Source: the human T2T-CHM13v2.0 reference genome, Homo sapiens. Taken from it: DNA of 64,000 nucleotides. The translations under genes were made by a program, and so were the position numbers. Below are positions 26,330-43,039 of this stretch, piece after piece (position 1 is the stretch's first letter; every line of letters starts with the position of its first letter). The notes beneath the pieces were generated by a model. That model was not told where the DNA came from. It saw only the letters and a program-made list of their open reading frames with translations, and ran no database searches. The stretch lies in assembly GCF_009914755.1 (NCBI RefSeq), contig NC_060942.1; one strand, given 5' to 3'.

Positions 26330-27425
26330 TATGAAAGATCTTTAGTAGAGACTCAGTGTCTGCCAATTGGTATCAAAGACCTTGTGGCAGAATTCTCCAT
26401 TATAAGCTGTAAACAGTCATACCCACCAGGCCATGATGTTGAGCAGACATTGTAGCAACCACTGTACGATAAAAATGTGCCTGAAGCACACATGTCAGTC
26501 ATAAAAGCACTGGGTCCAAAGTTTCTGCTGCACTCTCACCTCTTCCTCAACTCACACTTGCATTCTCTTGGGATTTTCCCCAAAATCAGCTGAAAGAAAT
26601 GAAAAATTCCAGACCTGGATCAAAAACAGGACAGCTCAGTATGTTGGTATGAAATGAATCACAGTCTCATATAGGGGTGGTCCTAAAAGACAGTTGTGAG
26701 AGAAATCCTTATAGTGGGCATTAAAATTGATTAGAAACTCTCTAAGGAGGGAGACATGAATGAAGGGAGTACATGTAGACGCTCCCAGGTGGTGGCACAT
26801 GGTTTAGCCCATCAGTCAGGGTCCTGGAAGAAGAAAGATTAGAAAGTCAGAGACAAGGAGATCTTGGGAAGAGGCATATGGATGAGCTCATGGAATCCAG
26901 CACATTGTGTACCCATCTTTTCCTCTCACTTCAGTGGCCACCAGAAAGCATCACTGTGGAGGAGGCCCTTAACCATCATGTGGATATAATGGCCTGTCTA
27001 CTGGCTATTGGTTAGCACTATTCTCAGCCACTGCAGTGTTTGCAAGTAGACCCTTAGATGGACTAGCAGTGGTTTCACAGATAGATACTCAAGATGAGCC
27101 CATATTTGGGCTTGATTTCACCAAGCTGATACGGCTATCCATATTACTAAATATTGTGTTGTTAGCAACAGAGACATGGTGAGACCTAGTCATGACACCT
27201 TATTTTGAGAAGACTAGTACATCGCCTGACAATTGATTCTATCAGTCTCCTCCCACCTTCTAGAGGATATCAATTTAGTCCTACCATAATTTTCTTCTCT
27301 TCTGGGTATGATTGCTTTTCCTGTTGGCCATGCCTATGCTGGCACCACTTTTAGAGGGTTTACAGAACAATTCAGAGGACACTGCATACAATTGTCTCTG
27401 AATGAGAGATCTACTTTACAGTGTA
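26330..27425 (+). mobile_element. ERVL-class endogenous retrovirus internal remnant (pol RNase H to integrase), dead
   Basis: 26789-26884 translates VVAHGLAHQSGSWKKKD*KVRDKEILGRGIWM, matching the ERVL Pol RNase H motif (AVANGLAGWSGTWKKHDWKIGDKEIWGRGMWM); stops and frameshifts present. Confidence 0.85.
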
Positions 27426-28540
27426 GGTGGTGTGGTGAGTTCACTTTCCAGGGTCATTATGAGGATTAAAGATAATTACATGTATCACCTAACCTTTAGG
27501 AACAACTCATTAATGTTTTGAGTTATGGCAATAAGTACAATGACATAAATTATTTATTGAGCTCTACATTAGGTGCTTTGGAAAATATTTTTTAACTATT
27601 AAAAAATAAAGGAAGTTAGTATAGACAATTAGCCTAAGATCATGTAGCCAGCAAATGTAAGAACTGGATGTAAATACAATATTTGATTTCAGAGCCTAAT
27701 ATCTGTGTAATGTACCACATTGCTCCTTCACAATAATACATCATTGAACAGATGCCATCAAAGCTGGACATTTAACAGTTGACTATATGAATATGCATTT
27801 AATTGGAAAGCCTTTTAACATGACAAAAATTAATGATTATTTATCTTAGATAAAACAATAGAAATTTTTGCCTGTTGAAAGAGGGACAGATACAAAACTT
27901 TTAACAAATCAAAATTTACTATAGTCACCCAATTCACTGTTTGACAGTTTCAAAATCAATAGTAAGGGCAAATCATGTCTATGCAAAAGTTTAAATTAGG
28001 TAAATTTGGTGAACGTCATAATTAGAATATCAGAAGGTTACATAAAAGTTAACCTGGAAGAAGGGTGTTGGTATTAATTCCCAGGGCCAGACTCCTACCA
28101 AACTCAGCCATCTAGGTTTGACCACATATTTAGAAGTTAGGATTGAGATCTGAGTGCACAGGGTGTAACATTATAAATGTATAAGTCTTTGTAAAGTATG
28201 GAAGATCCTCTGTCAAGTAGGCAATTAAATATGAAATTAGCTAATATATCAGAATCTGTGAAGAGGAACTATGAACTGTGAGAAGCCAATGAAAATGCTA
28301 GAAAAAGACTGCTGGGGCCACTCAATGTAGGAACAAATGCTCCTAAAATGTACCCCTGTTCTGAAGTGCAATATAATCTTCATACATATAGTGATGATGC
28401 ATACAAGTTATAGATTCCCATTCTCCTTAGCAATGTGTGCAATGTAAGGATGTTTTATTTTAAAGCACACATAAAATATAAGGCTTTATCTTTCTCTCTC
28501 TATCTCTATACATATATATATACGTCTTTAAGTCTTATGC

Positions 28541-28542
<2 letters not shown>

Positions 28543-28574
<32 letters not shown>
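28543..28574. repeat. (TA)n microsatellite, ~15 units
   Basis: Direct inspection. Confidence 0.95.
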
Positions 28575-28577
<3 letters not shown>

Positions 28578-31500
28578 AATAAGCATTAGTGTCTTAGAAA
28601 TAGAATTTTTCAATGTTCTCCCTACTTACAGGAGACATAAAGGAGCTACCCTACCTCAAGAGCCCAGTTTTCAAAGCATTTTCCAAAAGACTAAAGTAAT
28701 CACTAAAAAGGCTCTGAACAAATACTAGTGCCCAGTTCTGATTGTCTTTTTCATGATGTGGTTCAAAGATTTCTTTTTTGTTTTCCCCCCATTAGACTAG
28801 GGACTAAGTACGACAATATGACACAGTAGCCAAACCAAAAGATATGTGAAAAAAGCACAATGAATTTATGTGTGGGTAAAAGTCAATATTAAATATAGGT
28901 CATGTAGGACTGAGAACTTTTTCTCAGAAACGTGAATTCAAAGCTAAAGTAGTAAAAATGAAAATAAAATAGTGTTACAATGCTTTAAGACTTGAGTTGC
29001 TCCCCAATGACCAGATTAGCTTTCCAAGCCCCTTCAGTTGTCTAACCTTTCTTTTATATTTCAGGATACCAATCAATAGAGTTCCCCTCCCTTAACTAAA
29101 TAAGCCTCACAAGGTGACAAAAAAGTCACTAAATTAATTTTTATTTTGCAGCATAAAAGAGGCATTGCTACCTACAAACAGTATAATTAATTGGGATTAA
29201 TTTCATGTGCAAATTTTGTCATTGCAGGTGTTGATGGAGTAATACATCAAAGGGACTTCACCTCTGTAAAAATCAATGTTAACATAACCTTGATTACTGT
29301 TCTTGTGGATGTCACATATAACACTAATCAGTCATGGTTTGTAGCAAACATCTTAGAGAACAAATATAATTTGCTTTTTTATTGGCATTTTTCACGATGA
29401 GAGATAATATGCATTCATGGGACAAGCAATTCTCTCCAAGAATACAATCTCCTAGGGGAATTGGTAGAGACAGTATTGCTGCAGTGGGAATGGTTGAGAG
29501 GAAAATGACATGAGTGTGAAAAAAAATAACTATTCACATTGATATGGAAACTACTGATTCTGTTTTGGGAATACAAACTTCCAGGACACTTTTAGAAAAG
29601 TCAGAGAGCTTCATTGCTATCAAGTGTAACCTTATGTAGTGCTTAAAGGAAAAAAAATAACCTCACTTTATGGTAACAGACTTCATTTAATTTTTATCTC
29701 TACTATTCCTAAATAACACAGATCTTCCATTATATCAATTAAGGCCACAATGGAATAAATGAAGGATACATCTTCAGTTAGTTTTATCTTGAATTGACAT
29801 TTAATGATCCACTACACAGAAAAAATTATAACTAGTGATAGTTTTCGTATTTGTAGTTTTGAACATTTCTTCCTTTTGGGTGACCCTCATTTCAGCTTTT
29901 GTGTCATTGTCAACATTAAGAGAAGTATCAATGCTAGAACTATTATGCTAGAAAATCAATCAGCATATATTAAAAACCTGTTGTACAAAGAAAATTATTT
30001 TACAATTAATAACATTCATAGAGGGAATCTGGTGCATAGAGGTGAGATATGCAAGGCAGTAGATGACTGTGAGCGACTTAATGAGGCTGATATGTATGAC
30101 TTGAAAGATCTTAAGCTGGATCTTAGAAAAGATTTTGATGATTAGGAGAATTTAAGTGAAGACATAAAGGTGAATGTGCAAACATTTTAGAAAGAGGATA
30201 AAGCAGAAACAAAGTCTTAGAGATGAGAATAACAGTGTTCCATACTGTATATCTTCTTTTCCATTTTCTTATCTCTTCCAGACCTTTTTTCTTCCCATAT
30301 GTTTTCATATAATTGGAAGTTCAGAAGGCCAAGTTTCTAATTTTAGTGATAAGAGTAGTGTTACAATAGAATGTTAGAAAAAAATGCTTTACAGAAAGCA
30401 ATTGTATTAAATATATTTAACAACAGAAGCTTTAAATGTTTTTCTTTTAGTCGCCCTTAATGAAGACAGAAAAAATCCTAGTGATATTTGCAGCAATTGC
30501 CTTTTAAGTCACTTTCCTCCAACCTAAGCCATTTCCCATCTGATCCCATAAATACATCAAATAAACTCCTGCTTCTATATTACCTCAATCTTGATTCAGT
30601 GAAGACTGTATTTGGGCTTGGTCTTTTCGGTATTTGAAATGCACCATTCTGATTTGAGTTTATGCTTGATGACTCCCTCTGGTTCTTGTATCCTAGGTTG
30701 CATTTAGCACATTCTCCATCCAATGTTTTATTAAATTGCAAGCCCATCCACATGGCTGCTACCTTGTCCAGAACGTCATCACTGGGAGGTGGAGATGCTC
30801 AGCAGAGATACCAGGGAGTCTGATAATAATCAGGATAAATTTTGATGGTGAAGGATGAAGAATATTATTTCTTCAAGGTATTTTATCTGTTTGCACTTCT
30901 CATATACTTTTTCCTCCCTAGTTTTCCTCTCATCTTTCTTTGGCCTTTGCAGTTGTTCAGGTCACCTACTTTTTTCTCACATTTCTCTTCCATCCTCTAC
31001 CAATTTTTTCAAACATCTGTTTAAAAAGGAAGGGAATGAGGAAAACACTATAAGTTCTTACCCTTTCACATTTTACTTTATAGGCATGCATGAATAAATC
31101 ATTTGGAAATGTCCAGAGTCTAGAATGTATGTTATAGTTATAATTTTTAGGTTGTGTGTTTCTAAAAATCATTTTTCTTTTACACATCAATCTGTGGACT
31201 ATGAAGGAGCAAAAGTGATACTAATTTATATAATATTTTTTAAAGGAATTTTTCTTATTATTCCAAAATCAAGTATTGCCTTAACAGATCATAACCTGAA
31301 GGGGCTACACTGTGGCAGAAGAAGCAGCTTCTCACTTTTCCAGTAGTTTACACCAGGTTTGTTCATAATACTCTGAGACCAATTTGCATTTGAGGCTTTG
31401 CACAGTGATTAAATTCATGGAGACAGTAAATGGAGTGAAATCAGTCCCTCCATGATTGGGACAATTCTCTTGATGTTCAAATACAAATAAAAGGTTGCCA

Positions 31501-31769
31501 TGAAATTTCTCAGTTATTTGTGACCCAGGAACTCCTTAAAAGCAAGGCACAGTAAGATCAGCAAATATTCTCAGGGCAAAGTAAACACAGATGCCAAGCT
31601 TAGCCTTCTGGATTTCTTTATTTCCTGGGACCCTGGACTAAACGTTTCTTATCAGGTGTTAGTTCGTTCCAAATTTTGATAATTTTTGGAAGAAAATAAT
31701 TTTTTCCAGCTTTTCTCTTCAATTATCTTCAAAAGGGAGATAGAGTTAAGCCAAAATTTAGCAATCATA

Positions 31770-34690
31770 TTAAATGCAAATAGGCCAACTAATTCAGTTA
31801 AAGGAAAAACATTTTTCAAAAAATAAAACTAGATGGTTATAAGACACACATTTAAAATATTGAAATGTTGAAAGGATAGAGATGGAAAATATATAACACT
31901 GACACCATATAAAAGAAGTCTGATGCAATTATATTAGTATCAGGCAAAATAAACTTTAGGACAAAAACTGCAATAATAATGTCATTTCAAAGGCAGATAA
32001 TCTAAATTTGTTTGTGTCAAAAATCATAGCCTCAACAAATTAAAATAAAAATTGGTAAAAAAAAGTAAGGTAAATAATTACATCTTCAATCATAGTGAGA
32101 GATTTGAGCAAATATTTTAGAGTAACATATATTAAGAACATAAAATATCTTGAAGTAAGAAGGTAGAAGATTAGATGAATATTATTGGTCATATACAGAA
32201 CACAGATACCCCAAGAATCCTTTTCTAGCACTCATGAAGTATTTACAAAAGATGATTATATACTGGCCATACAATGCTTTTGTTTTGTTTTGTTTTGTTT
32301 CGTTTGAAACGGAGTTTCGCTCTTATTGTGCCCAGACTGGAGTGCAATGGCGCAATCTCGGCTGCTGTGACCTCTGCCTCCTGAGTTCAGGCGATTCTCC
32401 TGTCTCAGCCTCCTGAGTAGCTGGGATTACAGGCTCCTGCCACTATTCCCGGCTAATTTTTCATATTTTTAGTAGAGACGGGGTTTCACCATGTTGGCCA
32501 GGCTGCTCTCAAACTCCTGACCTCAGGTGATAATGGCCACCTCAGCCTCCCAAAGTGCTGGAATTACAGGCGTGAGCCACTGCGCTTGGCCACAATTCTT
32601 AATAAATTTCCTGTAACCTATAAAAGGATCCTAAAGCAAATAGCAAAAAGTCATATTAAGAAATATACTTTTAAATGACCCATAGGATAACAGAAGAATC
32701 ACAGAGAAAATTAGAAAATATCTTCAACTTAATGATAACTGCAAATTCTACATTAGAAAACTTGTGAAAGGTGATCAAAGTAGCACTTAACTGAACATTT
32801 ATAGCCTTAACTGTGTGTGTGTGGGAGAGAAACCCTAATATATAAAAAGTTAAACATTCAAAAAGTTTGAAAAATGAAGGCAAAATGAATGCAACAAGAA
32901 AAAGTGAAGAAAATAGGAAAGAAAATAAATAGGAAAAATACTATTCATGTATCCATCTATATGTAATTATTAACAATGCTGAAAGTTCATTTTTTGAAAA
33001 CACTGATAAAATTAGTAGCCTTCTTAAAAATCTGATCAAAAAACCAAATAACCAGTATCAGACATGTTAAGAGGAACATGATTATATATCTAACAGATAA
33101 AAAAAATTAAAGAAATATTGCTCACAGGAAACTCTTCTGAAAGTATCAGTGAATGGACATAAATTTTTTTAATGTGACATAAGCCAGATCCACAAATAAA
33201 TAGAAAACTATTAAATTCGTCGATAAATAGAAAATTTATCGTAATCAAAACTATAGGCCTGGAGGGATTCACCAGAAAATTCTATAGAATATTTCAGAGG
33301 GAAATAATGTCTGGTTTTCACACAACCTATGAGATAATAGAAAATGAGCGAGAACTCTACAGCTTATTTTACGAGGCTGCAAAAAGCATTGATATCAAAT
33401 CAGACAAGAGCATTAAAAGAAAGAAACGTGAAGTAAATATTCTCAATAATGTATTAGCAGACTGATTTTAGAAGTAAAATAAAACCAGTACAATAACATA
33501 CATAATGAACATGTTATGCTTATTCTATGGATGCAAAAATGGTTTAATACTTAAAATTCAATAAATAAAATGTATTATATTTAACAAATTAGAGGAGAAA
33601 ATATCTATTATTCTATTAATAGATATAGAACTGTATTTAACAACATTTGGCATCCAGTTTTTATAAAACCTCTTAATAACCTAGGAGTAGAAGAAAATTT
33701 CTTTATCTCCTAAAGGTTGTCAAAGAAAGTAACAGTAAACTTCATGCTAACAACTTCAAGTGGGTTATAGAAATGAACGTACACAGCATAAAACAAAAAC
33801 AAAATTCAAGTTTCTAGAAGATAATGTAGAAAAAAATTCCTAAACAAGTCATACAAAACACTAAAAATAGTTATTGATATCTTTTCATCAAAGAGAGAGC
33901 ATCAAGAGAATAAAAGACAAGTTAAAGAGTGAAAGAAAATTCTGCCACTCATATTACCAACAAAGGTATCATATCATACATGAGATAATATATGAGCAGG
34001 ATACATAAGTATTATGATAAAAATAAATGACAGAAAAAGAAAGAGAATTTTCTATAAACTAATACAAAAAGATAACTAACTCAGTAGAAAAAATGAGAAA
34101 GGGAATTTATAAGTTCTTCACACCAAAAATGTATTTATTGAAAGACCAATAAACGCATAAAAAAGTGCTAAACTTTTTTCATAATCAGAAAAATTAATAA
34201 TCACCAGAGTGACTAATACATAAAGGATTGACATAAATGTTGGCTACTAAAAGTTCGTTTAATAATTATACTAAAATAATAATTTTTGTGTGGTATTTTA
34301 GGAATTTAGATTTCGTAACCAGTTTGGAAAACTCTTTGGAATTTTTAATTAAAACTATACATATATATATAATATATACATAATAAATAATGAGCAGTAA
34401 GTATATCACTCTAAAATGCTTGTACATACATAACAGAAGTCATATACAAAATGTTTATAAAAGTATTGATGGAAATAGTCCCCAACTGGGAACAACTCTG
34501 TTATCCGTGTTAGTAGAGTGAATGTGCCGTCATACAATAGAATACTATAAAATGAAAGTGAATGGGCTCTAGTGAGATAAATGAATACAAATGGCTATCA
34601 TAAACCAGACAAAACTAATGTAAAGAGTTTAGAGGTACACACAAATGTGCTATAACTGTGAGAGAAAACAAGGAAACTATTAACATAGAA
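31770..34690 (+). mobile_element. Old L1M (L1MC/MD/ME-like), ORF2 to 3'UTR, internally deleted; continues at ~37736-37890
   Basis: TTAAATGCAAATAGGCCAA (EN start), GGATTCACCAGAAAATTCTA, TTAATAGATATAGAA (RT-like), AATAGTCCCCAACTGGGAACAAC; resumes after the L1PA insertion with GGGCTTTTGGGGTGCTGGCAA. Confidence 0.8.
32278..32591 (-). mobile_element. AluSq/Sp-like, inserted in the old L1M, (CAAAA)n tail
   Basis: GAGTTTCGCTCTT...GCAATGGCGCAATCTCGG; full length to GCGCTTGGCC; TSD-like ACAATGCTT / ACAATTCTT. Confidence 0.95.
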
Positions 34691-34705
34691 GTCCAAAATA
34701 ACTTT

Positions 34706-36125
34706 GTTTCTATTTTTTTATTACACTTTAAGTTCTGGGATACATGCGCAGAACATGCAGGTTTGTCACATAGGTATACACGTGTCATGGTGGTTCCTGC
34801 ACCCATCAACCCGTCATCTACATAGTAATCTACATATAGGTATTTCTCCTCATGCTCTCCCTCCCCTAGCCTCCCACCCCCAGACAGGTTCCAGTGTGTG
34901 ATGTTCCCCTCCCTGTGTCCCTGTGTTCTCATTGTTCAACTCCCACTTATGAGTGAGAACATGCAGTGTTTGGTTTTCTCTTCCTGTGTTAGTTTGCTGA
35001 GAATGATGGTTTCCAGCTTCATCCATGTCCCTGCAAAGGACATAAACTCATCCTTTTTTATAGCTGCATAGTCTTCCATGGTGTATATGTGCCACATTTT
35101 CTTTATCCAATATATCATTGATGGGCATTTGGGTTGGTTCCAAGTTTTTGCTATTGTGTATATTGCTGCAATAAACATACTCGTGAATGTGTCAGTATAG
35201 CAGAATGATTTACAATCCTTTGGGTATATACCCAGTAATGGGATTGCTGGATCAAATGGTATTGCTGGTTCTAGATCCTTGAAGAACTGCCACACTGTCT
35301 TCTACAATGGTTGAACTAATTTAAACCCCCACCAACAGTGTAAAAGCATTCCCACTTCTCCACATCCTCTCCAGCATCTGTTGTTCCCTGACTTTTTAAT
35401 GATCACCATTCTAACTGGCATGAGATGGTATCTCATTGTGGTTTTGGTGTGCTTTTCTCTAATAGCCAGTGATGATGAGCTTTTTTTCATACGTTTGTTG
35501 GCTGCATAAATGTCTTCTTTTGAGAAGTGCCTGTTTGTATCCTTTGCCCACTTTTTGATGGGGTTGTTAAATTATTTCTTCTAAATTTGTTTAAGTTCCT
35601 TGTAGATTCTGAATATTAGCTCTTTGTCAGATGGAGAAATTGCAAAAATTATCTCCCATTCTGTAGGTTGCCCGTTCACTCTGATGACAGTCTCTTTTAC
35701 AGTGCAGAAGCTCTTTAGCTAATTAGATCCCATTTGTCAATTTTGGCTTTTGTTGATATTGCTTTCGGTGTTTTAGTCATGAAGTCTTTGCCCATGCCTA
35801 CGTCCTGAATGGTATTGCCTAGGTTTTCTTTTAGGGTTTTTATGGTTCTAGGTCTTATGTTTAAGTCTTTAGTCCATCCTGAGTTAATTTTTGTATAAGG
35901 TGTAAGGAAGGAGTCCAGTTTCAGTTTTCTGCATATGGCTAGACAGTTTTCCCAACACAATTTATTAAATAGGGAATCCTTTCCCCATTGCTTGTTTTTG
36001 TCAGGTTTGTAAAAGATCAGATTGTTGTAGATGTGTGTCATTATTTCTGAGGCCTCTGTTCTGTTCCATTAGTCTATATATCTGTTTTGGTACCAGTACC
36101 ATGCTGTTTTGCTTACTGTAGACTT

Positions 36126-36126
<1 letters not shown>
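34706..36126 (-). mobile_element. L1PA7-like 3' segment (end of ORF2, 3'UTR, poly-A); non-inverted part of a twin-primed insertion
   Basis: TTAAGTTCTGGGATACATGCGCAGAAC 3' end; ORFs 34936-35295, 35302-35490 and 35715-36041 translate as ORF2p C-terminus ([22 protein letters not shown]). Confidence 0.96.
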
Positions 36127-37720
<1,594 letters not shown>

Positions 37721-40700
37721 GTCCAAATGAACTTTATTTTTACTTTTAAGATGGGGTTATTGAGATGTGTCTTGTAAGGGCTTTTGGGGTGCTGGCAACT
37801 TCGCATTTCTTGAACTACTTAAATGAGTTTTCACTTAATAATAATTTATGTTTTATGCACTTTCAGTGTGTTACATTTCAAAGTGAAAACAGTTTTGTAA
37901 AATACCTTTATCTCATATCCTAGCATAGATAACTATGTACATCTGGGGACAAATGACTGTCAGGGAGGCATTCAAATACTTTATGAAAGATTTATGCATT
38001 CATCAACTTGGTGACACTTGTATCACTGACTAATAGATACACTTGCTTTCGAACAAGTTTACTTAATTAGACTTTCTACTTCCTGCTTCCATGCTGTAAC
38101 ATTTCAGAGGCATCAATTATTTGTTTCTGCAAAAGTGTTGGTAACAAGGTTGGGAATGAATTTAACTGTTATGTGTACAGAAATTGGAGATTCAGAAATT
38201 AAAATGAGAGATTTTGCAGCTGTAATATCAGGTTGCTATTCAACCCCCATTTGCAAATCTGCTTCCTCGGAGGCCTGATTGGGTTATAGCTTATTATTCA
38301 AGCTGGCCCTGAGCAAAATATTAATGTAGGGGAGAGCCTTTGGCAGCCTCTGTTTCTGCTCTGTGTCCTCTTGACTCCTTCTAGTTCTGCTGTATTTCCC
38401 ATGGATTTGAGGCTGCCAGGAGAGAAGGAGATGATGGATTCATTCACAATTTAAGGTGAAAGACCAAAGTGTACCCTTTCCCACAGATGTTTGCATATTA
38501 AAAGAAGCCAGAATAGGGCAGTTGTCAGTGCAAAGGAAGGCTCTCTCAGAAGAATTTCTGGCACTTTGATCATCACTGGTCTTATTTGAGTGAGTTTCTA
38601 TTTCATCTGTGCCTAAAACTAGCCCTTATACATTTAGAGTTAGTAGGGACATCATGAATTACTTAGTCCAGTTACATACTTTATATATGGCAAAACAAGG
38701 ACAGAGGACCTAATTAATTAGCCAAACATCATGAAACTAGGGTTAGAACACCATTATTTCAGCTTAAATTCTTCTTATTTTTCTGTAGCTTGTGGATTTC
38801 TGAATGTGAAAAGGTAGATGTATATTAGGAATAGCAATACTATAATTTTGTGCAGAAATATGAAAAGAGAAATAAGTCAGGATAAATGAAGTAGTAATCT
38901 CTGCTTCTGTGCTTTGTGTATTAAAATGCATACTATTCAATGAAGCATTTCCCTAGTTTCTTAGGGCTCTAAAGATTTCTCTCTTCTGTCACTGTTACGA
39001 CATTTTTTAATCTTTAAAAACTCATTTATATATTTTGTATTGTTTTAATAAAATGTTGTGCGGTATGCTTCCTCCACTTTTATCCGATCATACATTTAAG
39101 TCTTTCTAAACATCTAGATTTTAATCCTATTATGGATCCTATATTTTAATTTTTCTACACAGTCTTCTGTCCTAATTGATTAATCACAATGATTTGATCA
39201 TTTCTTTTACTGTAATATGAGAAGTTATAGAAAGAATCAATGTTCCTACAAATATATAGTAGCCCAAATTATGCTTCAGTAGAAACAACAATAAGAAAAA
39301 AACTCTAGGGACAAATATTCTGATGACAAATTTCCATGTATATACACTTATCCTGATCTTTCTCTTTTAAATCCCCACTGTCACTACTTCTTTAGGACCT
39401 CACAGATTCCCTCTGAGGAGTTAGCCCAAAGAGGAGGACCATCTTTTAACTGTATCTCATTAAACATATTTGTATTAATATTTGCAAGAATGAAATACAT
39501 TAAACACCAAGGCAAAAATGCTGGCTTCTATAGTTCCAGGATAAGAAGAAAAAAATCATTAGACTTAAAACTACTAAATCCAAGTGTCTTAGCCTCAAAT
39601 GAGGCAGAATTGTATTAATAACTTTACTAAATGTTCTAGTTCTATTTAAACCAGGTGGCGTTTGTTAAAAATTAGACTCAACAAGTGTCAGCTATTGATA
39701 TCTAAGAAGATGCTTTCTTAATATATTTTCTACTCTTTATAGCAAACTTGATTTTATGGATGAAGAAATGTTTTCAAAGAAGTTAAGTAAAACTTGTTGA
39801 AATTCAAATAGCGGGTAAGTGGCAGAGCTAGCATTCCATTCCAAGTGATTTTGGCAGCAATATTCACCTTCTTTTCAAACACCATGCATTTTCTCCATTT
39901 TTTATTCCTAATCCCAGATGCTAGTCTACCTGTCATTTTTATCATATCTAAATACAAATCCTAAAATCATTTATCCTGATTCAATTCCAGTCTTCTTACT
40001 TAATTCGAGGTTCTTATCTAAAAAACATTTCAGTTCCCAACTGATTTTCTTAGTGGTTGACAATGCTGAGGCCCAGTGAACACTATAAAAGTAAAATACA
40101 TAGTGTGGATAAACCAGTCAAGTATTCTCTGATAACTTGTTCATGACAGTGCCTTTCTCTAAACATAGATATGTTGTGATCTAAAGTGTATAACCACAAA
40201 GTAATTTTAAAAAGCAGTAGAATCACAACCAGCTGAGTGTAGACATAATATATGCTTGTTGGTTGTGTGTTTGGATGGTGTAGATGTCTGTGGTTAAAGA
40301 CAACTCCTCCACCCTCCCTGCCATACCTACTCCAAGTTTTTAACAGAATGGAGTTGGCTACATAGAGCAAAGATAGATGAACTATTTTTTAAAGCAAATT
40401 GGCTCTTAATTCTGGTTCTTTACTGGGTGTGCAACTTCCATGGCTGTGCAACCAGATTTTGTCCTGCTACAGTGAGGAAAAATAAAAGAAAGTAATTCTT
40501 GATATACCACTGGCTTATATACTGTGGACAACATTACTCTTTAGAGAGTAGCTGCACTAACAGACTTGATGCTTCAATCAAAGTGAACATTTACAAACAT
40601 TGAAGCTCTTGAAGCAAACCCAGTATCAGCAGGATCACAGCAAAGAGGGTTAAAAACATTTATTAGCATACATGTTGTATTTGTGAGAGAAAAATCAAAA

Positions 40701-40989
40701 TGAATGTGGACCTTCAAGTGATAAAGTTATAATAAATCTATCGATTGTTTTCTGTACTTAAAAACAATGTTATTCACATCACATTCTTTCTTGTAATGTT
40801 CTCTGCTTTAAATATAATTTGTTTTTTTATTAATATTCTCAATATTAACATTCTTCACTCTCTTTTTGGGGGTTAGTATGTATCTTTGTATATCTAAATG
40901 AAATGCAGTTAAATATATCAATCTGTTCATCCTCCTCCAGATACAGCCAAGACCTTAGAGTTCTATATTCCCTACCACATCCTTTTCTC

Positions 40990-41450
40990 TTCCTTGTAAT
41001 GGGTTTCTTAACATGGATTCTTTACTCGTGGATATAAGAAAATTTTAACAACTCTTTTTCTCCTTCACGAATTGGTTGAAGAATGGACACAGGCTCTAAG
41101 CTTGGTCAATGAATCATCAGGGAATATCTATGTGGAGCTTCTGGAAAAAACATTCCTCACTACTTTTTTTTTCCCAATAAATAGGCACAGAATAGGTTCA
41201 GTTATTCCTCTGAGCTAGTTATTCCTGGATACCATTTATGGAACTGCTACAGTTAATATATGACTGAATACTTGCAGTCAAATTCAAGTTGCTCTTGAGG
41301 TCAAAGCAATAGCTCAAAGGTCCTTGTTAATATCAGTTAGCCACTGATGTACTAACCTAGTATTGACCTCACTTCTTGATTTATATTGAATAGTCATTTT
41401 TATAATAATTTAAACCCCTTCAGTTTTCTGTTTATTGAAACCGAAAGCAT
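40990..41450 (+). mobile_element. Old MLT1 (K/L-like) LTR remnant
   Basis: AATTGGTTGAAGAATGGACAC...GGAGCTTCTGGAAAAAACATTCCTCAC...TTTTCTGTTTATTGAAACCGAAAGCAT. Confidence 0.55.
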
Positions 41451-41559
41451 TGAAAACATATAAATAATTAGTTTATTCTGCTTCTGTCTCCTTCTTGCTT
41501 TCTTGATCTCTCAAGAGCAGGGTCTTTGAACCAAAGAAGAAAAATTAAATGCAAAATTC

Positions 41560-42760
<1,201 letters not shown>

Positions 42761-43039
42761 AAACCTGACCTCAGGAAGCAGTTTAAGGTGCATATTTTTA
42801 TTTGTTTCTCCAGATACTCACAGATTAATTAAATCTGGGCCAAACATCATTTTAGTTTAGCCACTTAAGCTTCTTGTTACAGGTGAGTAGTATGAGTTCA
42901 GACCCCATGTTTTCAGATGAAGCAGTTTTGATTTTCTAAAGGTAAATGCATGATTTTTTTTTCCTAGCCACAGCCCTGGGCATCCAGTTTTCAGCCTACC
43001 CATGGCTAGAGGATTCAGTCTTTCAAGAACATGATTTAA

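Noticed and set aside
28535-28590. Second (TA)n tract as another flank palindrome
   Set aside because: The flanks are only partly complementary, unlike 11747-11786
29804-30145. 113-aa ORF in unique sequence
   Set aside because: No recognisable homology or exon boundaries; the length is within chance expectation for 64 kb
39645-39665. CTCF-like ACCAGGTGGCG
   Set aside because: Lacks the 5' CC of the core motif; partial match only
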